Origin: Candidatus Fraserbacteria bacterium
GTDB taxonomy: Bacteria; Bipolaricaulota; Bipolaricaulia; RBG-16-55-9; DRXL01
Assembly: GCA_947085185.1 (NCBI GenBank)
Contig: CAMTVK010000002.1
Span: forward strand, 160,001-224,000
Direction of reading: 5' to 3'
DNA length: 64,000 nucleotides
Shown here: in pieces, positions 1 to 10,265 of the stretch
Numbering within the stretch: position 1 is the first letter of the stretch
Layout of the letters: every line of letters begins with the position of its first letter
Made by a program: the position numbers and the translations under genes
Notes under the pieces: model-generated
What the model saw: the letters and a program-made list of their open reading frames with translations, nothing else
What the model was told of the DNA's origin: nothing
Database searches by the model: none

Positions 1-9
1 GCGAAGCGT

Positions 10-91
<82 letters not shown>

Positions 92-1084
92 CTAGCGCAC
101 TGGCTCTGCTAGCTGCGCTACTGCCCCTACTACAGTTTGGACGATTCGCTTCGCGTACGAGAGATTGACCGCTTCGAGCGTGTCCCCCCTCGTGTGATAG
201 TACGGATTAAAATCTTCGGTCTCGCCCAGCTCCGTGTCTTCTATCAGCAAGACCGCGGGATAGCCCTGTCTCGCAAACGATGTGTGATCGCTCCAGGGGG
301 GAGCTTCGTTAGGCACCTGGGGGGTTAAAGATAAATTATAGTGATTCGCCGTGGCTATGAGCAGCTCCGCGAGCTGAAAAGAGTCTTCGTCTGGGGCTTG
401 GATCTCGAAGATCCCATTGTCGTCGCTGTCGTAGCCGATCATGTCCATATTAAAAACGCCCAGAATCTGCGCGCCCTCGCGCTTGAGCCGCCCGGCATAC
501 GCGCGGCTGCCCACAAGCCCTTGCTCCTCCCCACTGAAGAGCACAAAATAAATAGAACGCTTGAACTTATACTGACTCAAAACTCGCGCGGCCTCCAGCA
601 CGCCCGCGCTGCCGCTGGCGTTGTCGTCGGCCCCTGGGGCGACTCGGCTGGAGCTGACCCCCTGCGCGACGCTGTCCAGATGCGCTGTGATCAGAATAAT
701 TGGGCCGTGGGGGTCTGCGCCCGGCAGGACCGCTTCGAGATTGTACGACAGCCCTGCCCGACATGAGAGCGAATACGGGTCGAGCTTCGTCTGCAAGCCC
801 AGACTCTCAAAATACTGGCGTCCGTACTCTAAAGCGCGGTCAATAGCCGGGCCGTCACAGGACCAACGCGATCCTTGGGCATTGCACGCTTCCCCGATCT
901 CGGCAGACTGCCATTGACAGATGTGCTCGCGCAAGTGAGCTTCTTGCACCTGCGCGATGATCTCTGCAATGAACGGATCTGCAGGCTGCAGCGCTGCTTC
1001 TACTGACGGAAACTGAGAGACAAAAGCTCCCAGCGTCCCGAAGAACAAAAAGACAACGCTCATGCCAAGAAGAACTCGTTTCAT
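92..1084 (-). CDS. Secreted M28 family zinc aminopeptidase
   Basis: Motifs [33 protein letters not shown]-terminal signal/TM segment; start MKRVLL chosen behind GAGGTGAG (ORF track starts at 1096). Confidence 0.88.
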   Translation of the reverse strand: MKRVLLGMSVVFLFFGTLGAFVSQFPSVEAALQPADPFIAEIIAQVQEAHLREHICQWQSAEIGEACNAQGSRWSCDGPAIDRALEYGRQYFESLGLQTKLDPYSLSCRAGLSYNLEAVLPGADPHGPIILITAHLDSVAQGVSSSRVAPGADDNASGSAGVLEAARVLSQYKFKRSIYFVLFSGEEQGLVGSRAYAGRLKREGAQILGVFNMDMIGYDSDDNGIFEIQAPDEDSFQLAELLIATANHYNLSLTPQVPNEAPPWSDHTSFARQGYPAVLLIEDTELGETEDFNPYYHTRGDTLEAVNLSYAKRIVQTVVGAVAQLAEPVR

Positions 1085-1214
1085 AGAGAGACTCACCTCA
1101 TGGCAGCTATTTTGACAGGTTTTCCGAAGATGTCAAGTGCAGTGCCAAGATGCGAGTGCCTTCAGTTTTTTGTAAAATCAAAAAATTCTACGACTAGAGC
1201 AAGGAGGCCTCGCC

Positions 1215-2744
1215 GTGAGCTCGGTGATAGACCAAGACCTCAAGCTCTCCCAAGCTCGGTGGAACCTTGAACCCCCAGCTCTGTATGAAGAAGCTATTCA
1301 GCGAAACGAGGCGCGCTTGGCCCACAGTGGTGCCTTGGTCGCTTATACCGGCAAGCACACCGGGCGATCCCCTCAGGATAAATTTCTCGTCAAGGAGCCA
1401 AGCAACGCTCAAAAGATCTGGTGGGGCCCAGTCAATGCCCCCATCACCCCTGAACAGTTCGAGCGGCTCTACGAACGCCTCTGCGCTCATCTTAAGGCGC
1501 AAAAGATCTTCGTGCAAGACTTAGAAGTCTGTGCTGCCCCACGCTATCGCGTCCCGATCCGCGTCATCACGGAATACGCTTGGCATAGCTTGTTCGCGCG
1601 AAATCTCTTTCTGAGATCTCGACGGAAGCCTCACAGCCCGGAGATCACCGTCATCTGCGCTCCGTCGTTCCAGGCCATCCCTGAACGCGATGGCACGCGC
1701 TCAGAGACGTTCATCATTCTGCATCTGACAAGAAAGATCATCCTCATCGGGGGAACATCGTACGCCGGCGAGCTCAAAAAGTCCGTCTTCACGCTATTAA
1801 ATTATTTATTGCCACACCAGGGCGTCTTGCCCATGCACTGCTCAGCCAATCAGGGCTCTGACGGCCAGACGGCTCTCTTCTTTGGGCTCTCCGGCACGGG
1901 CAAGACAACGCTCTCCACCGACCCTAACAGACCCCTCATCGGCGACGACGAGCACGGCTGGTCCGATGACGGGGTGTTCAATTTTGAAGGCGGTTGCTAC
2001 GCCAAAGTCATCGGCCTGCGCCGCGAGACCGAACCTGAGATCTATCATGCGGTTCACAGATTTGGCACAATCTTGGAGAACGTGGTCTTGGAGGAGCCTC
2101 AGCGAACGATTCGCTTCGACGACGCTTCGATCACCGAGAATACCCGTGCGGCTTATCCCATAGAGTTTCTCCCCCATATCTGTCCCACGGGTATGGGGCC
2201 TCATCCCCGCACGATCTTCTTCTTGACGTACGATGCGTTCGGGGTGCTGCCGCCCATCTCGCTGCTCTCTGAGGAGCAAGCGATCGCATATTTTCTCTTG
2301 GGCTATACGGCGAAGGTGGCCGGCACCGAGCGTGGCGTAGCCAAGCCGGTGCCCACGTTGAGCCCGTGCTTTGGCGGACCGTTCTTGCCCATGTCCCCCC
2401 AGACTTATGCCCAGATGCTGCGCGAGCGTCTCCGGCGCTATCACGTCAGGGTATGGCTCTTAAATACCGGTACTCTAGGGGGGCCCTACGGCGTCGGCAA
2501 GAGAATCTCTCTCCCGCACACGCGCGCGCTGGTGCATGCGGCCCTGGACGGCTCGCTCGAGCGCGTCCCTTTCGAAGAGAACTCGTATTTTCAACTGCGC
2601 TTCCCCGCGTTCTGCCCAGGGCTGCCGGACTTTGTCACAAACCCTCAAAAGGCTTGGAAAGATCATCACGAATACGCAAGCACAGCTCAGGAACTGACTC
2701 AACTCTTTCGGGAACACCTGAAAATTTTCGGAGGTCCATCATGA
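1215..2744 (+). CDS. pckA: Phosphoenolpyruvate carboxykinase (ATP)
   Basis: TGRSPQDK, YAGELKKS, MHCSAN, GLSGTGKTT, IGDDEHGW, NFEGGCYAK; AAGGAGG RBS. Confidence 0.97.
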   Translation: MSSVIDQDLKLSQARWNLEPPALYEEAIQRNEARLAHSGALVAYTGKHTGRSPQDKFLVKEPSNAQKIWWGPVNAPITPEQFERLYERLCAHLKAQKIFVQDLEVCAAPRYRVPIRVITEYAWHSLFARNLFLRSRRKPHSPEITVICAPSFQAIPERDGTRSETFIILHLTRKIILIGGTSYAGELKKSVFTLLNYLLPHQGVLPMHCSANQGSDGQTALFFGLSGTGKTTLSTDPNRPLIGDDEHGWSDDGVFNFEGGCYAKVIGLRRETEPEIYHAVHRFGTILENVVLEEPQRTIRFDDASITENTRAAYPIEFLPHICPTGMGPHPRTIFFLTYDAFGVLPPISLLSEEQAIAYFLLGYTAKVAGTERGVAKPVPTLSPCFGGPFLPMSPQTYAQMLRERLRRYHVRVWLLNTGTLGGPYGVGKRISLPHTRALVHAALDGSLERVPFEENSYFQLRFPAFCPGLPDFVTNPQKAWKDHHEYASTAQELTQLFREHLKIFGGPS

Positions 2745-3790
2745 GCAGCGAAGCCTCGTGCTCTTGTGGGGTGGAGGGCATCATTGCGGCCGAGATGAAT
2801 TACGCGATCATCGGTGCTGGGGGCTGGGGGACGGCCTTAGCTCGGCTTCTGGCGCGCAAGGGCTCGAGGGTACGGCTCTGGGCGCGGCGCCCTCAGTTCG
2901 CCCAGGAGCTCGATATTCTCCGAGAGAACAGACCGTATCTGCCGGGGGTCTCTTTGCCCAAGGATCATCTCACGATCACAAGCGATCTGAGCCATGCTGT
3001 CGAGGACGCCGACGTCGTGCTTCTGGCCGTGCCGTCGTTTGCCATGCGCGAGATCGCTCAAAAACTCAAATCCGTGCGCGCTCACCCTCGGGCGTGGATC
3101 AATCTCGCCAAGGGGCTGGAGCGCGACTCGTTGCTCACGATGTCGTCGGTCTTGCGAGAAGAACTCCAGACTGACAATATCTTTACGCTCTCTGGCCCAA
3201 GCCACGCTGAGGAGGTCGGGCGTGACTTTCCTACAAGCGTCGTGTTAGCTGGCACAGAGCTCGCCCTTGGGGAGCACCTGCAGCGAGCTTTGATGACCGA
3301 ACGATTTCGGGTCTATCTCAGCGATGATCTGCTCGGTGTTGAATACGGGGGCACAGTGAAAAATATCATTGCGCTTGCTGCGGGAATTCTCGAGGGTTTA
3401 GGCTACGGAGACAACGCCAAGGCGGCTCTCATCGCCCGGGGGTTAGCAGAGATGGTACGGCTGGGAGTGAGACTCGGAGCGCGGCGCGAGACGTTCTTTG
3501 GGCTCTCTGGGGTGGGCGATCTGGTCGCGACCTGCACGAGTGAACACTCGCGCAACCGTCGGGTGGGATATCGTTTGGGCCAAGGGGAGTCGCTCCAAAA
3601 GATCTTAGAGAGCCAGACTTTTGTCGCTGAGGGCATCTATGCGACGGTGGCCGTGCGCACTCTGGCAAGAACGCACAACGTCGAAGTCCCCATCACCGAA
3701 GCTGTGTACGCTGTGCTCTACGAGGGGGCCAATCCCCTCGATCAGCTCAACGCCCTGATGACCCGTGAACCCAAGAGAGAGATTTTATAG
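2741..3790 (+). CDS. gpsA: NAD(P)H-dependent glycerol-3-phosphate dehydrogenase
   Basis: IGAGGWGTALA, LSGPSHA, KNIIALAAG, GVGDLVATC..SRNR; ATG overlaps pckA stop (alternative start 2795). Confidence 0.95.
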   Translation: MSSEASCSCGVEGIIAAEMNYAIIGAGGWGTALARLLARKGSRVRLWARRPQFAQELDILRENRPYLPGVSLPKDHLTITSDLSHAVEDADVVLLAVPSFAMREIAQKLKSVRAHPRAWINLAKGLERDSLLTMSSVLREELQTDNIFTLSGPSHAEEVGRDFPTSVVLAGTELALGEHLQRALMTERFRVYLSDDLLGVEYGGTVKNIIALAAGILEGLGYGDNAKAALIARGLAEMVRLGVRLGARRETFFGLSGVGDLVATCTSEHSRNRRVGYRLGQGESLQKILESQTFVAEGIYATVAVRTLARTHNVEVPITEAVYAVLYEGANPLDQLNALMTREPKREIL

Positions 3791-3811
3791 TAAAGAGAAG
3801 GAGCCAAAACT

Positions 3812-4903
3812 ATGGTGAAGCGCACACCCCTCTATGAGGCCCATCGGCGCTTGGGCGCGAAGATGGTTGAGTTTGGCGGTTGGGAGATGCCTATTCAGTA
3901 CACGGGCATACTCGAGGAGCATCACACAGTTCGGAGCTCCGTGGGGGTCTTTGATGTCAGCCACATGGGCGAGATCGAGATCGCTGGGACAGGCGCGCTC
4001 GATCTTGTGCAGAAGCTCATCACCAATGACGCCAGCGCACTCAAGGACTATCAGGTGCTCTACTCCCCCATGTGCTATGAGTCCGGCGGCACCGTGGATG
4101 ATCTGTTAGTCTATAAACTTCCCGATCGCTTCTTGCTTGTCGTGAACGCCGCCAATACTGAGAAAGACTTTGCCTGGGTGCAGCAGAACGCCAGAGAATT
4201 CTCTCACGTCACGGTGAAGAACGCCAGTGCCGACTACGGCCAGATCGCGATCCAAGGACCTAAGGCCCAAGAGCTGCTGCAGCCGCTCGCAGAATGCCCT
4301 CTCACAGATTTGAGATATTATTGGGCGACGCAGACGCGCGTGCTCGACACTGAAGTGTTGCTCTCGCGCACCGGCTACACTGGAGAAGACGGCTTTGAGA
4401 TCTACGCTGCGCCGAGCGTCATTGTGCGCATATGGGAGGAGCTTGTGCGCCTGGGGATGAAACCCATTGGGTTGGGGGCGCGTGATACACTGCGCTTCGA
4501 AGCAGGGATGCCCCTCTATGGCCATGAACTTGACGAACGGACGACGCCCATTGAAGCGGGCTTAGGCTGGACGGTCAAAGAGAAAGACTCTGACTACAAC
4601 GGCAAAAGAATCCTGCTCCGGCAAAAGAGAGAGGGCACGGCGAAGAAGCTCATTGGGCTGAAGATGCTCGAGCCGGGCGTGCCGCGCCAGGGCTACACAA
4701 TCTTCGCAGACGACCAAGAGGTCGGGGTCGTCACCAGCGGCATGTTCGCCCCCTCGGTCAACGCGTTTCTCGCTATGGCATTTGTGGCATCTGGGCTCTC
4801 CGAGAGCGTACCGCTTACGGTAGAGATCCGAGGGCAGAAGAAGCGCGCTCAGATCACGAAGATCCCGTTCTATCGGGGCAGCGTGCGTCGCTCCTCATTA
4901 TGA
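3812..4903 (+). CDS. gcvT: Glycine cleavage system aminomethyltransferase T
   Basis: RTPLY, FGGWEMP, FDVSHMG, RTGYTGEDGFE, GARDTLRFEAG. Confidence 0.97.
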   Translation: MVKRTPLYEAHRRLGAKMVEFGGWEMPIQYTGILEEHHTVRSSVGVFDVSHMGEIEIAGTGALDLVQKLITNDASALKDYQVLYSPMCYESGGTVDDLLVYKLPDRFLLVVNAANTEKDFAWVQQNAREFSHVTVKNASADYGQIAIQGPKAQELLQPLAECPLTDLRYYWATQTRVLDTEVLLSRTGYTGEDGFEIYAAPSVIVRIWEELVRLGMKPIGLGARDTLRFEAGMPLYGHELDERTTPIEAGLGWTVKEKDSDYNGKRILLRQKREGTAKKLIGLKMLEPGVPRQGYTIFADDQEVGVVTSGMFAPSVNAFLAMAFVASGLSESVPLTVEIRGQKKRAQITKIPFYRGSVRRSSL

Positions 4904-5550
4904 CCATACTCGATCTTGGAATGCGCGACTACAAAGAGATCTGGCGCTTGCAGAAAGGATTCGTGGCGCGCCGTCAGGCCGGAGAAATCTCAGATACGTT
5001 GCTCATAGTTGAACATCCGCCGGTCTTCACCGTGGGGCGGGCTTGGCGCGGCGTTCACCCTCAAGAGATCGGCTCTATTCCGTGTATTGCTATCGAGCGT
5101 GGGGGCGATATAACGTTCCATGGGCCGGGTCAGCTTGTAGGCTACCCCATTATAGATTTAAGAAGACATGGCCGCGACGTCCATCGCTTCCTGCGCGACC
5201 TTGAAGAAGTGCTCATACGCACCCTTCAAGACTTCTCTCTCGACGCCCAGCGTCGGCCGGGCTTGACCGGCGTCTGGGTTGGCTCAAAGAAGATCGCTTC
5301 GATCGGGATCGCGCTGAGCCACTGGGTGAGCTATCACGGGTTTGCTCTGAACGTATCTGTAGATCTACGCTATTTCCGCATGATCCGTCCCTGCGGGCTC
5401 GACGGCACCGTGATGACTTCGATGCGCGAGCTTCTGGGGCGAGAGATAGCTCTCGCTGCCGTGAAGCCTGCTCTGTGTGCACACTGGGCGGAGCTCTTCT
5501 GGAACGAAGATCACGTTCTGAACGTAGCGTCGGTTACGCTCCAGTATTGA
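4900..5550 (+). CDS. lipB: Lipoyl(octanoyl) transferase
   Basis: EHPPVFT, RGGDITFHGPGQLVGYP, KIASIG, HGFALN, PCG. Confidence 0.95.
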   Translation: MTILDLGMRDYKEIWRLQKGFVARRQAGEISDTLLIVEHPPVFTVGRAWRGVHPQEIGSIPCIAIERGGDITFHGPGQLVGYPIIDLRRHGRDVHRFLRDLEEVLIRTLQDFSLDAQRRPGLTGVWVGSKKIASIGIALSHWVSYHGFALNVSVDLRYFRMIRPCGLDGTVMTSMRELLGREIALAAVKPALCAHWAELFWNEDHVLNVASVTLQY

Positions 5551-5594
5551 CTCTTGCCCCCACTTTCGGCTAGACTCAAAGATGGTGAACGAAC

Positions 5595-7697
5595 GTGAGG
5601 AAGTTCTTGATGGCCCTTGGGCTGATCGTGCTCACGGTTCAGATAGCCCTTGTTGCTCAGACGCCCCAGCTGCAAGTTGATTTGCTCATAGATCCTGATA
5701 CGATCTTCACAAAAAGTAGTGGGCAATCTCCAGATTCAGCAGCCGTGAAGATTCTGCTGCGCGGGCTGCCCGCCCCAGAAAGACCTATTGACGTAGTTTT
5801 CTTGTTAGATCGCTCTGCCAGCGTCAATCTTGCAACGGTGAAGAAGATCGGCAAAGAGCTTTTGCAACACCTCACCGAGAACGATCAGATCGCTGTGATA
5901 GGCTTTGCCGAGACGGCCGAGATGTTGATCCCGCTCTCGCCCGATCGCGCCCAGGTCTATCAAATTATTGACGGAGCCCAGCCGGGCAAGAAGACCGCCC
6001 TGGGCGAGGCCCTCGCGCTGGCTGTGGATGAGCTTCTCAGTCATGGCCGTCCTGAGGCCATGCGCGCGATCATCCTGCCCTCCGATGGCAACAGTCTCGT
6101 AGGGCGCCTGCCCCTGCCGGAAGCCCAACGAGCCGGAGAGAATAATATACCCATCTATGCGCTCGGCATCAGCGGCGCTATGAACAGAGTAGCCCTCAGC
6201 CAGATCGCGCAGCAGTCTGGGGGAGCGTTCTTTGGGAGTTATAACGCCCAAGTTTATGAGGGAATTCTGAAGAAGCTTGGTCGTCAGGCTGTGGCGCGCT
6301 TCGTGCGGCTCACTGTGACACTTCCTGAACAGATCATCTTTGAGGGGGCGTTTGAGCCCGCTCAAGTCCGCCGCGGCGCCAAGGGCGCCACCGTGCTCGA
6401 ATGGAATCTTCCCGTGGTTGTCGCCGGCGAGACCAGAACGGTCTCGTTTCAGATCGGCGCTCGCCAAAGCGGTACTCTGAAGATCGGACAACCCCCGTCC
6501 GTGATCGAATACCGTGACCCCAAGAACAAGCTGTATAAGCAGAATATCCCCACCGTGACCCTGACCGTCAACAAGATGAACAAGCCTCCTGTGGCAGCAT
6601 TTCGCTTCGCTCCTGAGACCCCAAAGATGGGCGACCAAGTTTGCTTCAACGCTGCGGAATCCCGCGATCCCGAGGGAAAGATCGTGCGCTATGAGTGGGA
6701 CTTCGACGGCGATGGGACGCCCGACGAGACGACGGCAGACCCCAAAGTCTGTCGTGTCTTTGAGTTGGCAGGGAACTTCGACGTGACGCTGCGCGTGACT
6801 GATGAAGACGGCGCGACGGCTGAGTTCACAAAGACGGTGACGATCACTGGTGTGGGGCAAGTGCCAACAGCTGTCCCCATCGCACGATTTACGTTCTCCC
6901 CTGCCGTGCCCAACGCCGGCGAGCCCGTGACGTTCGATGCTTCAGGGTCGCAATCGGGCAACGGCTCGCTCATCAAGTACGAGTGGGACTGGAACGGCGA
7001 TGGAGTCTTTGACGAGACGGTGACGGTGCCCACAGTGCAGCACACGTTCAGCGATTCTGGGCCGCGAACAGTGAAGTTGCGGGTCACGAACTCCCAAGGG
7101 CGCACTGCCGAGTTTTCGGCAACTGTGACTGTACTTGGGCGTGTTCCGTTGGGGTTTGATATCAATACTTTAGCGACGACGACGCTCGCGGGGGAGATCA
7201 GCCTTCCCAAGGGGCTTCAGTATTACACCCGGGACGGGCGCGTCACCGACGAAGAGCTGAAAGACGCAGCGACGCGCTTTGGCATTGGGGTTTACGTGCC
7301 GGGGACGCGCTATCTGCTCACCCAGCAAGATTTAGAGACGCTCAACCATCTCAATTACACTTATAAAAATTTTGCGCGCTATCGTGAGGTGAGCACGGCG
7401 CAAGCCGAAGGGTATCGTCAGTTGGGGGCTTTTGTAGAGGGTCTTGGTCAGGTCTATCTGAGCGAAAAGGTTCTGAATCAGCCGTTGGCGCTGGCGACCC
7501 CGCCGATGCTGCTCTATGACAGCTCGGGGAAGCTCGTTGGGGTGCGCTATGTCGCGTTCAAGCCCGACGAGGGGCGGCTCTTCGGGTTCGCTGTTGAGAG
7601 CTGGCCTAAGGCCGGTGCGGCGTTCGTGTTGACTATCTGGCTTGTGCCCAACCCCAACGGGCCATTTGCCGCGAGCAATCCGAATATTGGTAGGTAG
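5595..7697 (+). CDS. Secreted vWA + two PKD domain protein with uncharacterised C-terminal domain
   Basis: Signal peptide; MIDAS motif DRSAS and SDG; two PKD repeats (YEWDFDGDG, YEWDWNGDG, VTLRVTD). Confidence 0.85.
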   Translation: MRKFLMALGLIVLTVQIALVAQTPQLQVDLLIDPDTIFTKSSGQSPDSAAVKILLRGLPAPERPIDVVFLLDRSASVNLATVKKIGKELLQHLTENDQIAVIGFAETAEMLIPLSPDRAQVYQIIDGAQPGKKTALGEALALAVDELLSHGRPEAMRAIILPSDGNSLVGRLPLPEAQRAGENNIPIYALGISGAMNRVALSQIAQQSGGAFFGSYNAQVYEGILKKLGRQAVARFVRLTVTLPEQIIFEGAFEPAQVRRGAKGATVLEWNLPVVVAGETRTVSFQIGARQSGTLKIGQPPSVIEYRDPKNKLYKQNIPTVTLTVNKMNKPPVAAFRFAPETPKMGDQVCFNAAESRDPEGKIVRYEWDFDGDGTPDETTADPKVCRVFELAGNFDVTLRVTDEDGATAEFTKTVTITGVGQVPTAVPIARFTFSPAVPNAGEPVTFDASGSQSGNGSLIKYEWDWNGDGVFDETVTVPTVQHTFSDSGPRTVKLRVTNSQGRTAEFSATVTVLGRVPLGFDINTLATTTLAGEISLPKGLQYYTRDGRVTDEELKDAATRFGIGVYVPGTRYLLTQQDLETLNHLNYTYKNFARYREVSTAQAEGYRQLGAFVEGLGQVYLSEKVLNQPLALATPPMLLYDSSGKLVGVRYVAFKPDEGRLFGFAVESWPKAGAAFVLTIWLVPNPNGPFAASNPNIGR

Positions 7698-7895
7698 AAA
7701 AGCCACCTTCACCTCAGGCACGGAGTTAGGGAAAGCCGGAGCACATCCCTCTTCAGGACAAACAAATTGTACCAGCATGTCGATGCACTTCTCTCCAAGG
7801 CATATTTTAAATATTGGCTCTGTAGAAATCCTCCCCTGAAGGAAGTATACCAGTCAAGTAAGCTCACCCCCAGCTTCACCGCCCGCTCCACGTTG

Positions 7896-7950
7896 CGGAA
7901 CGTTTAGGTGCAGCATCTTTCTGAGAAAGCGGTCGCACCTAAACGTTCCG
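7896..7950. repeat. Perfect 16-bp inverted repeat (REP-like hairpin)
   Basis: CGGAACGTTTAGGTGC(7896-7911) / GCACCTAAACGTTCCG(7935-7950). Confidence 0.8.
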
Positions 7951-8051
7951 GTACACCAGGAAAGCGGGCAGTATGTCGAATCAGCACCCTTAGAGCGAGC
8001 GATGTGGTATGTGGCCATCTTACGGCCTATGATAAAGTGAAGTGAAGAGCT

Positions 8052-8157
8052 GCCCAACCCCGCGTTCAGCGGACGCGGCTGGGCCGCGCCCAACCGTGGC
8101 CGCGAAAGGCAAAGTTGCTTCGCCTGCCGGCTTGTCGGACAGTCACGCCGCGCCGCT
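8052..8157 (+). mobile_element. Truncated integron attC-like site
   Basis: RYYYAAC (GCCCAAC), then AGCGG-A-CGCGGC pairing with GCCGCGCCGCT leaving a single bulged base; the terminal GTTRRRY box is missing. Confidence 0.5.
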
Positions 8158-8162
8158 TTCCT

Positions 8163-8192
8163 TTGACAGCATGGTCCGGGAGGGGGTACAAT
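8163..8192 (+). promoter_or_regulatory. Sigma70-type promoter of the MFS gene
   Basis: TTGACA-18-TACAAT, ATG about 10 nt downstream, no SD. Confidence 0.6.
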
Positions 8193-8201
8193 ACAGTCAA
8201 T

Positions 8202-9398
8202 ATGCCTCCCAGCCCTGAAAATTCGTCTACGAGCACGCCTACCGTGACACGAAGTGCTGCTCTGCGATTTGTGGTGCTTCTTGGCGTTGTCAGTCTCCTC
8301 GCTGACTGGACGTATGAGGGCGCTCGAAGCATCGCCGGCCCCTATTTGGGAATGCTAGGGGCAAGCGCGACCGCCGTGGGGGTTGTCGCGGGCTTTGGGG
8401 AGCTGATTGGATATGCGCTTCGCCTCGTCTCTGGGTATCTGAGCGATCGTACCCGACGCTACTGGGCGATCACCATGATCGGCTACGGCGTCAATCTGCT
8501 GGCTGTGCCCATGTTAGCGCTTGCAGGACGCTGGGAGGTGGCCGCCGCCTTGATGATCGTGGAGCGGCTGGGCAAGGCGCTGCGCACCCCAGCGCGCGAT
8601 GCCATGCTCTCCCATGCGACGAGCCTGACGGGGCGCGGCTGGGGGTTTGGCCTGCACGAGGCGCTGGACCAAGTGGGAGCGGTTTTGGGGCCGCTTACAG
8701 TAGCCGCAGTGCTCTATCTTGGCGGAGGGTATAGGACCGGGCTTGCTCTGCTGGTGGTGCCGGCGCTCGTGGCTCTTGGCGTGCTGGTGGCTGCGCGGCT
8801 GTTGTATCCGCGCCCGCAGGATTTAGAGATCCGAGCTCCGGTATTACAGATTGAGGGCTTGAGTCGCTCTTTCTGGCTCTATTTGGCAGCAGTTGGATGG
8901 ATTGCTGCGGGGTTCGCCGATTTTCCCCTCATTGCGTTTCACTTCGGGCGTGCTCAGGTTGTGCCCGAAGTCTGGATTCCGACTCTCTATGCTCTGGCCA
9001 TGGCGACGGATGCGCTCGCGGCGCTTGGCTTTGGGCGGCTGTACGATCGTCTGGGGTTTTGGACCCTGGTGCTGGTGACGCTTCTGTCGGCGGTGTTTGC
9101 TCCTTTGGTGTTTCTGGGGGATTTTTTTATGGCGCTCGTGGGCATGATGATATGGGGGGTGGGCATGGGCGCGCAGGAGTCGATCATGCGGGCGGCGGTC
9201 GCGGGCATGGCTGCCCCACAGCGGCGCGGCACCGCCTATGGCATCTTCAACACCGGCTACGGCGTGGCTTGGTTTGTGGGCAGCGCTCTTATGGGAATTC
9301 TCTATGATCTCTCGCTTCCCGCGCTGATCGTCTTCTCGGTTGGCGCTCACGTGGTAGCGCTGCCCTTGCTCGTGAGAATTGCCAGGCGTCACACCTAG
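8202..9398 (+). CDS. MFS transporter
   Basis: About 12 hydrophobic segments; GYLSDRTRR and GRLYDRLG motif-A-like loops; RTPARDA. Confidence 0.9.
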   Translation: MPPSPENSSTSTPTVTRSAALRFVVLLGVVSLLADWTYEGARSIAGPYLGMLGASATAVGVVAGFGELIGYALRLVSGYLSDRTRRYWAITMIGYGVNLLAVPMLALAGRWEVAAALMIVERLGKALRTPARDAMLSHATSLTGRGWGFGLHEALDQVGAVLGPLTVAAVLYLGGGYRTGLALLVVPALVALGVLVAARLLYPRPQDLEIRAPVLQIEGLSRSFWLYLAAVGWIAAGFADFPLIAFHFGRAQVVPEVWIPTLYALAMATDALAALGFGRLYDRLGFWTLVLVTLLSAVFAPLVFLGDFFMALVGMMIWGVGMGAQESIMRAAVAGMAAPQRRGTAYGIFNTGYGVAWFVGSALMGILYDLSLPALIVFSVGAHVVALPLLVRIARRHT

Positions 9399-10177
9399 CC
9401 CCAGAACTCCTCGGAGTCTCTCAGCTCTGTGATCGTTGGGCTCTCCCCGCAGACGGCACACCCTGGGTTGTGCCTGAGGGCGATCTCGCTGAAGGCCAGA
9501 GCACGCATGTCAATCAAGAGCAGTCGCCCCTTGAGAGATGGCTCTATCCCCACCAAGAGCTTCAAAGCTTCATGGGCTTGGACGAGTCCGACTAGCCCGG
9601 CGGCCGTCGGGAAGACCCCTGCTTCGGCACAGACCGCGATTGTCCCAGGCCGCGGAGGTCTCTCATAGAGACAGCGATAGCACGGCCCTCCTGGCGCAAA
9701 GATCGTCACTTGTCCCTCAACTCCTAGGACGCTTCCGTGCACGTTGGGTTTCTTCAAGAGAACGCACGCGTCATTGACGAGATAGCGCGTGGGGAAGTTA
9801 TCAGAGCCGTCCACGATCACGTCGTAGTCTTTGAAGATTTCGAGCGCATTGCGTGAGGTCAATCGCTCTGAGTGCGGGATCAGCTCGATGTGGGGGTTGA
9901 GGGCTTGGAGTTTCTCACAAGCAGACTCAATCTTAGCACGCCCCAGATCGGCTGTGGTGTGCAGGATTTGCCTATGAAGATTAGAGAGCTCGACGAGCTC
10001 GCTATCTATTAGGCCCAATCGTCCTACGCCCGCGGCTGCAAGATAGAGCGCTGCTGGGGAGCCCAGTCCCCCAAGACCCACGACCAGCACGCGCGCCCTC
10101 TTGAGGGCATGCTGCCCACGCCTGCCGATCACGAGTATCTGTCGCGAATATCGTTCGAGCTCAGAGTCCTGTATCAT
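9395..10177 (-). CDS. moeB: MoeB/ThiF family adenylyltransferase
   Basis: RYSRQI, GLGGLG, SNLHRQ, DGSDNF, CYRC and CAVC zinc sites; start set downstream of a TTGATC-17-TACAAT promoter (alternative 10195). Confidence 0.88.
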   Translation of the reverse strand: MIQDSELERYSRQILVIGRRGQHALKRARVLVVGLGGLGSPAALYLAAAGVGRLGLIDSELVELSNLHRQILHTTADLGRAKIESACEKLQALNPHIELIPHSERLTSRNALEIFKDYDVIVDGSDNFPTRYLVNDACVLLKKPNVHGSVLGVEGQVTIFAPGGPCYRCLYERPPRPGTIAVCAEAGVFPTAAGLVGLVQAHEALKLLVGIEPSLKGRLLLIDMRALAFSEIALRHNPGCAVCGESPTITELRDSEEFWG

Positions 10178-10232
10178 AGGGGGGTCTTGTGCCATTGTAC
10201 GGCGTCTGTGCTCTAAGATCAAAGGGGGGGTC

Positions 10233-10262
10233 TTGACAATGCTGGGGTCTTTGTGCTATAAG
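10233..10262 (+). promoter_or_regulatory. Sigma70-type promoter facing a non-coding region
   Basis: TTGACA-18-(TG)cTATAAG. Confidence 0.55.
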
Positions 10263-10265
10263 AAA

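Noticed and set aside
2366..2740. N-terminal extension of gpsA in the ORF track
   Set aside because: Overlaps pckA; an RBS and coupled ATG lie at 2741
5805..7210. Long antisense ORFs (351 aa, 173 aa)
   Set aside because: Shadow frames of the vWA-PKD gene, expected in GC-rich DNA
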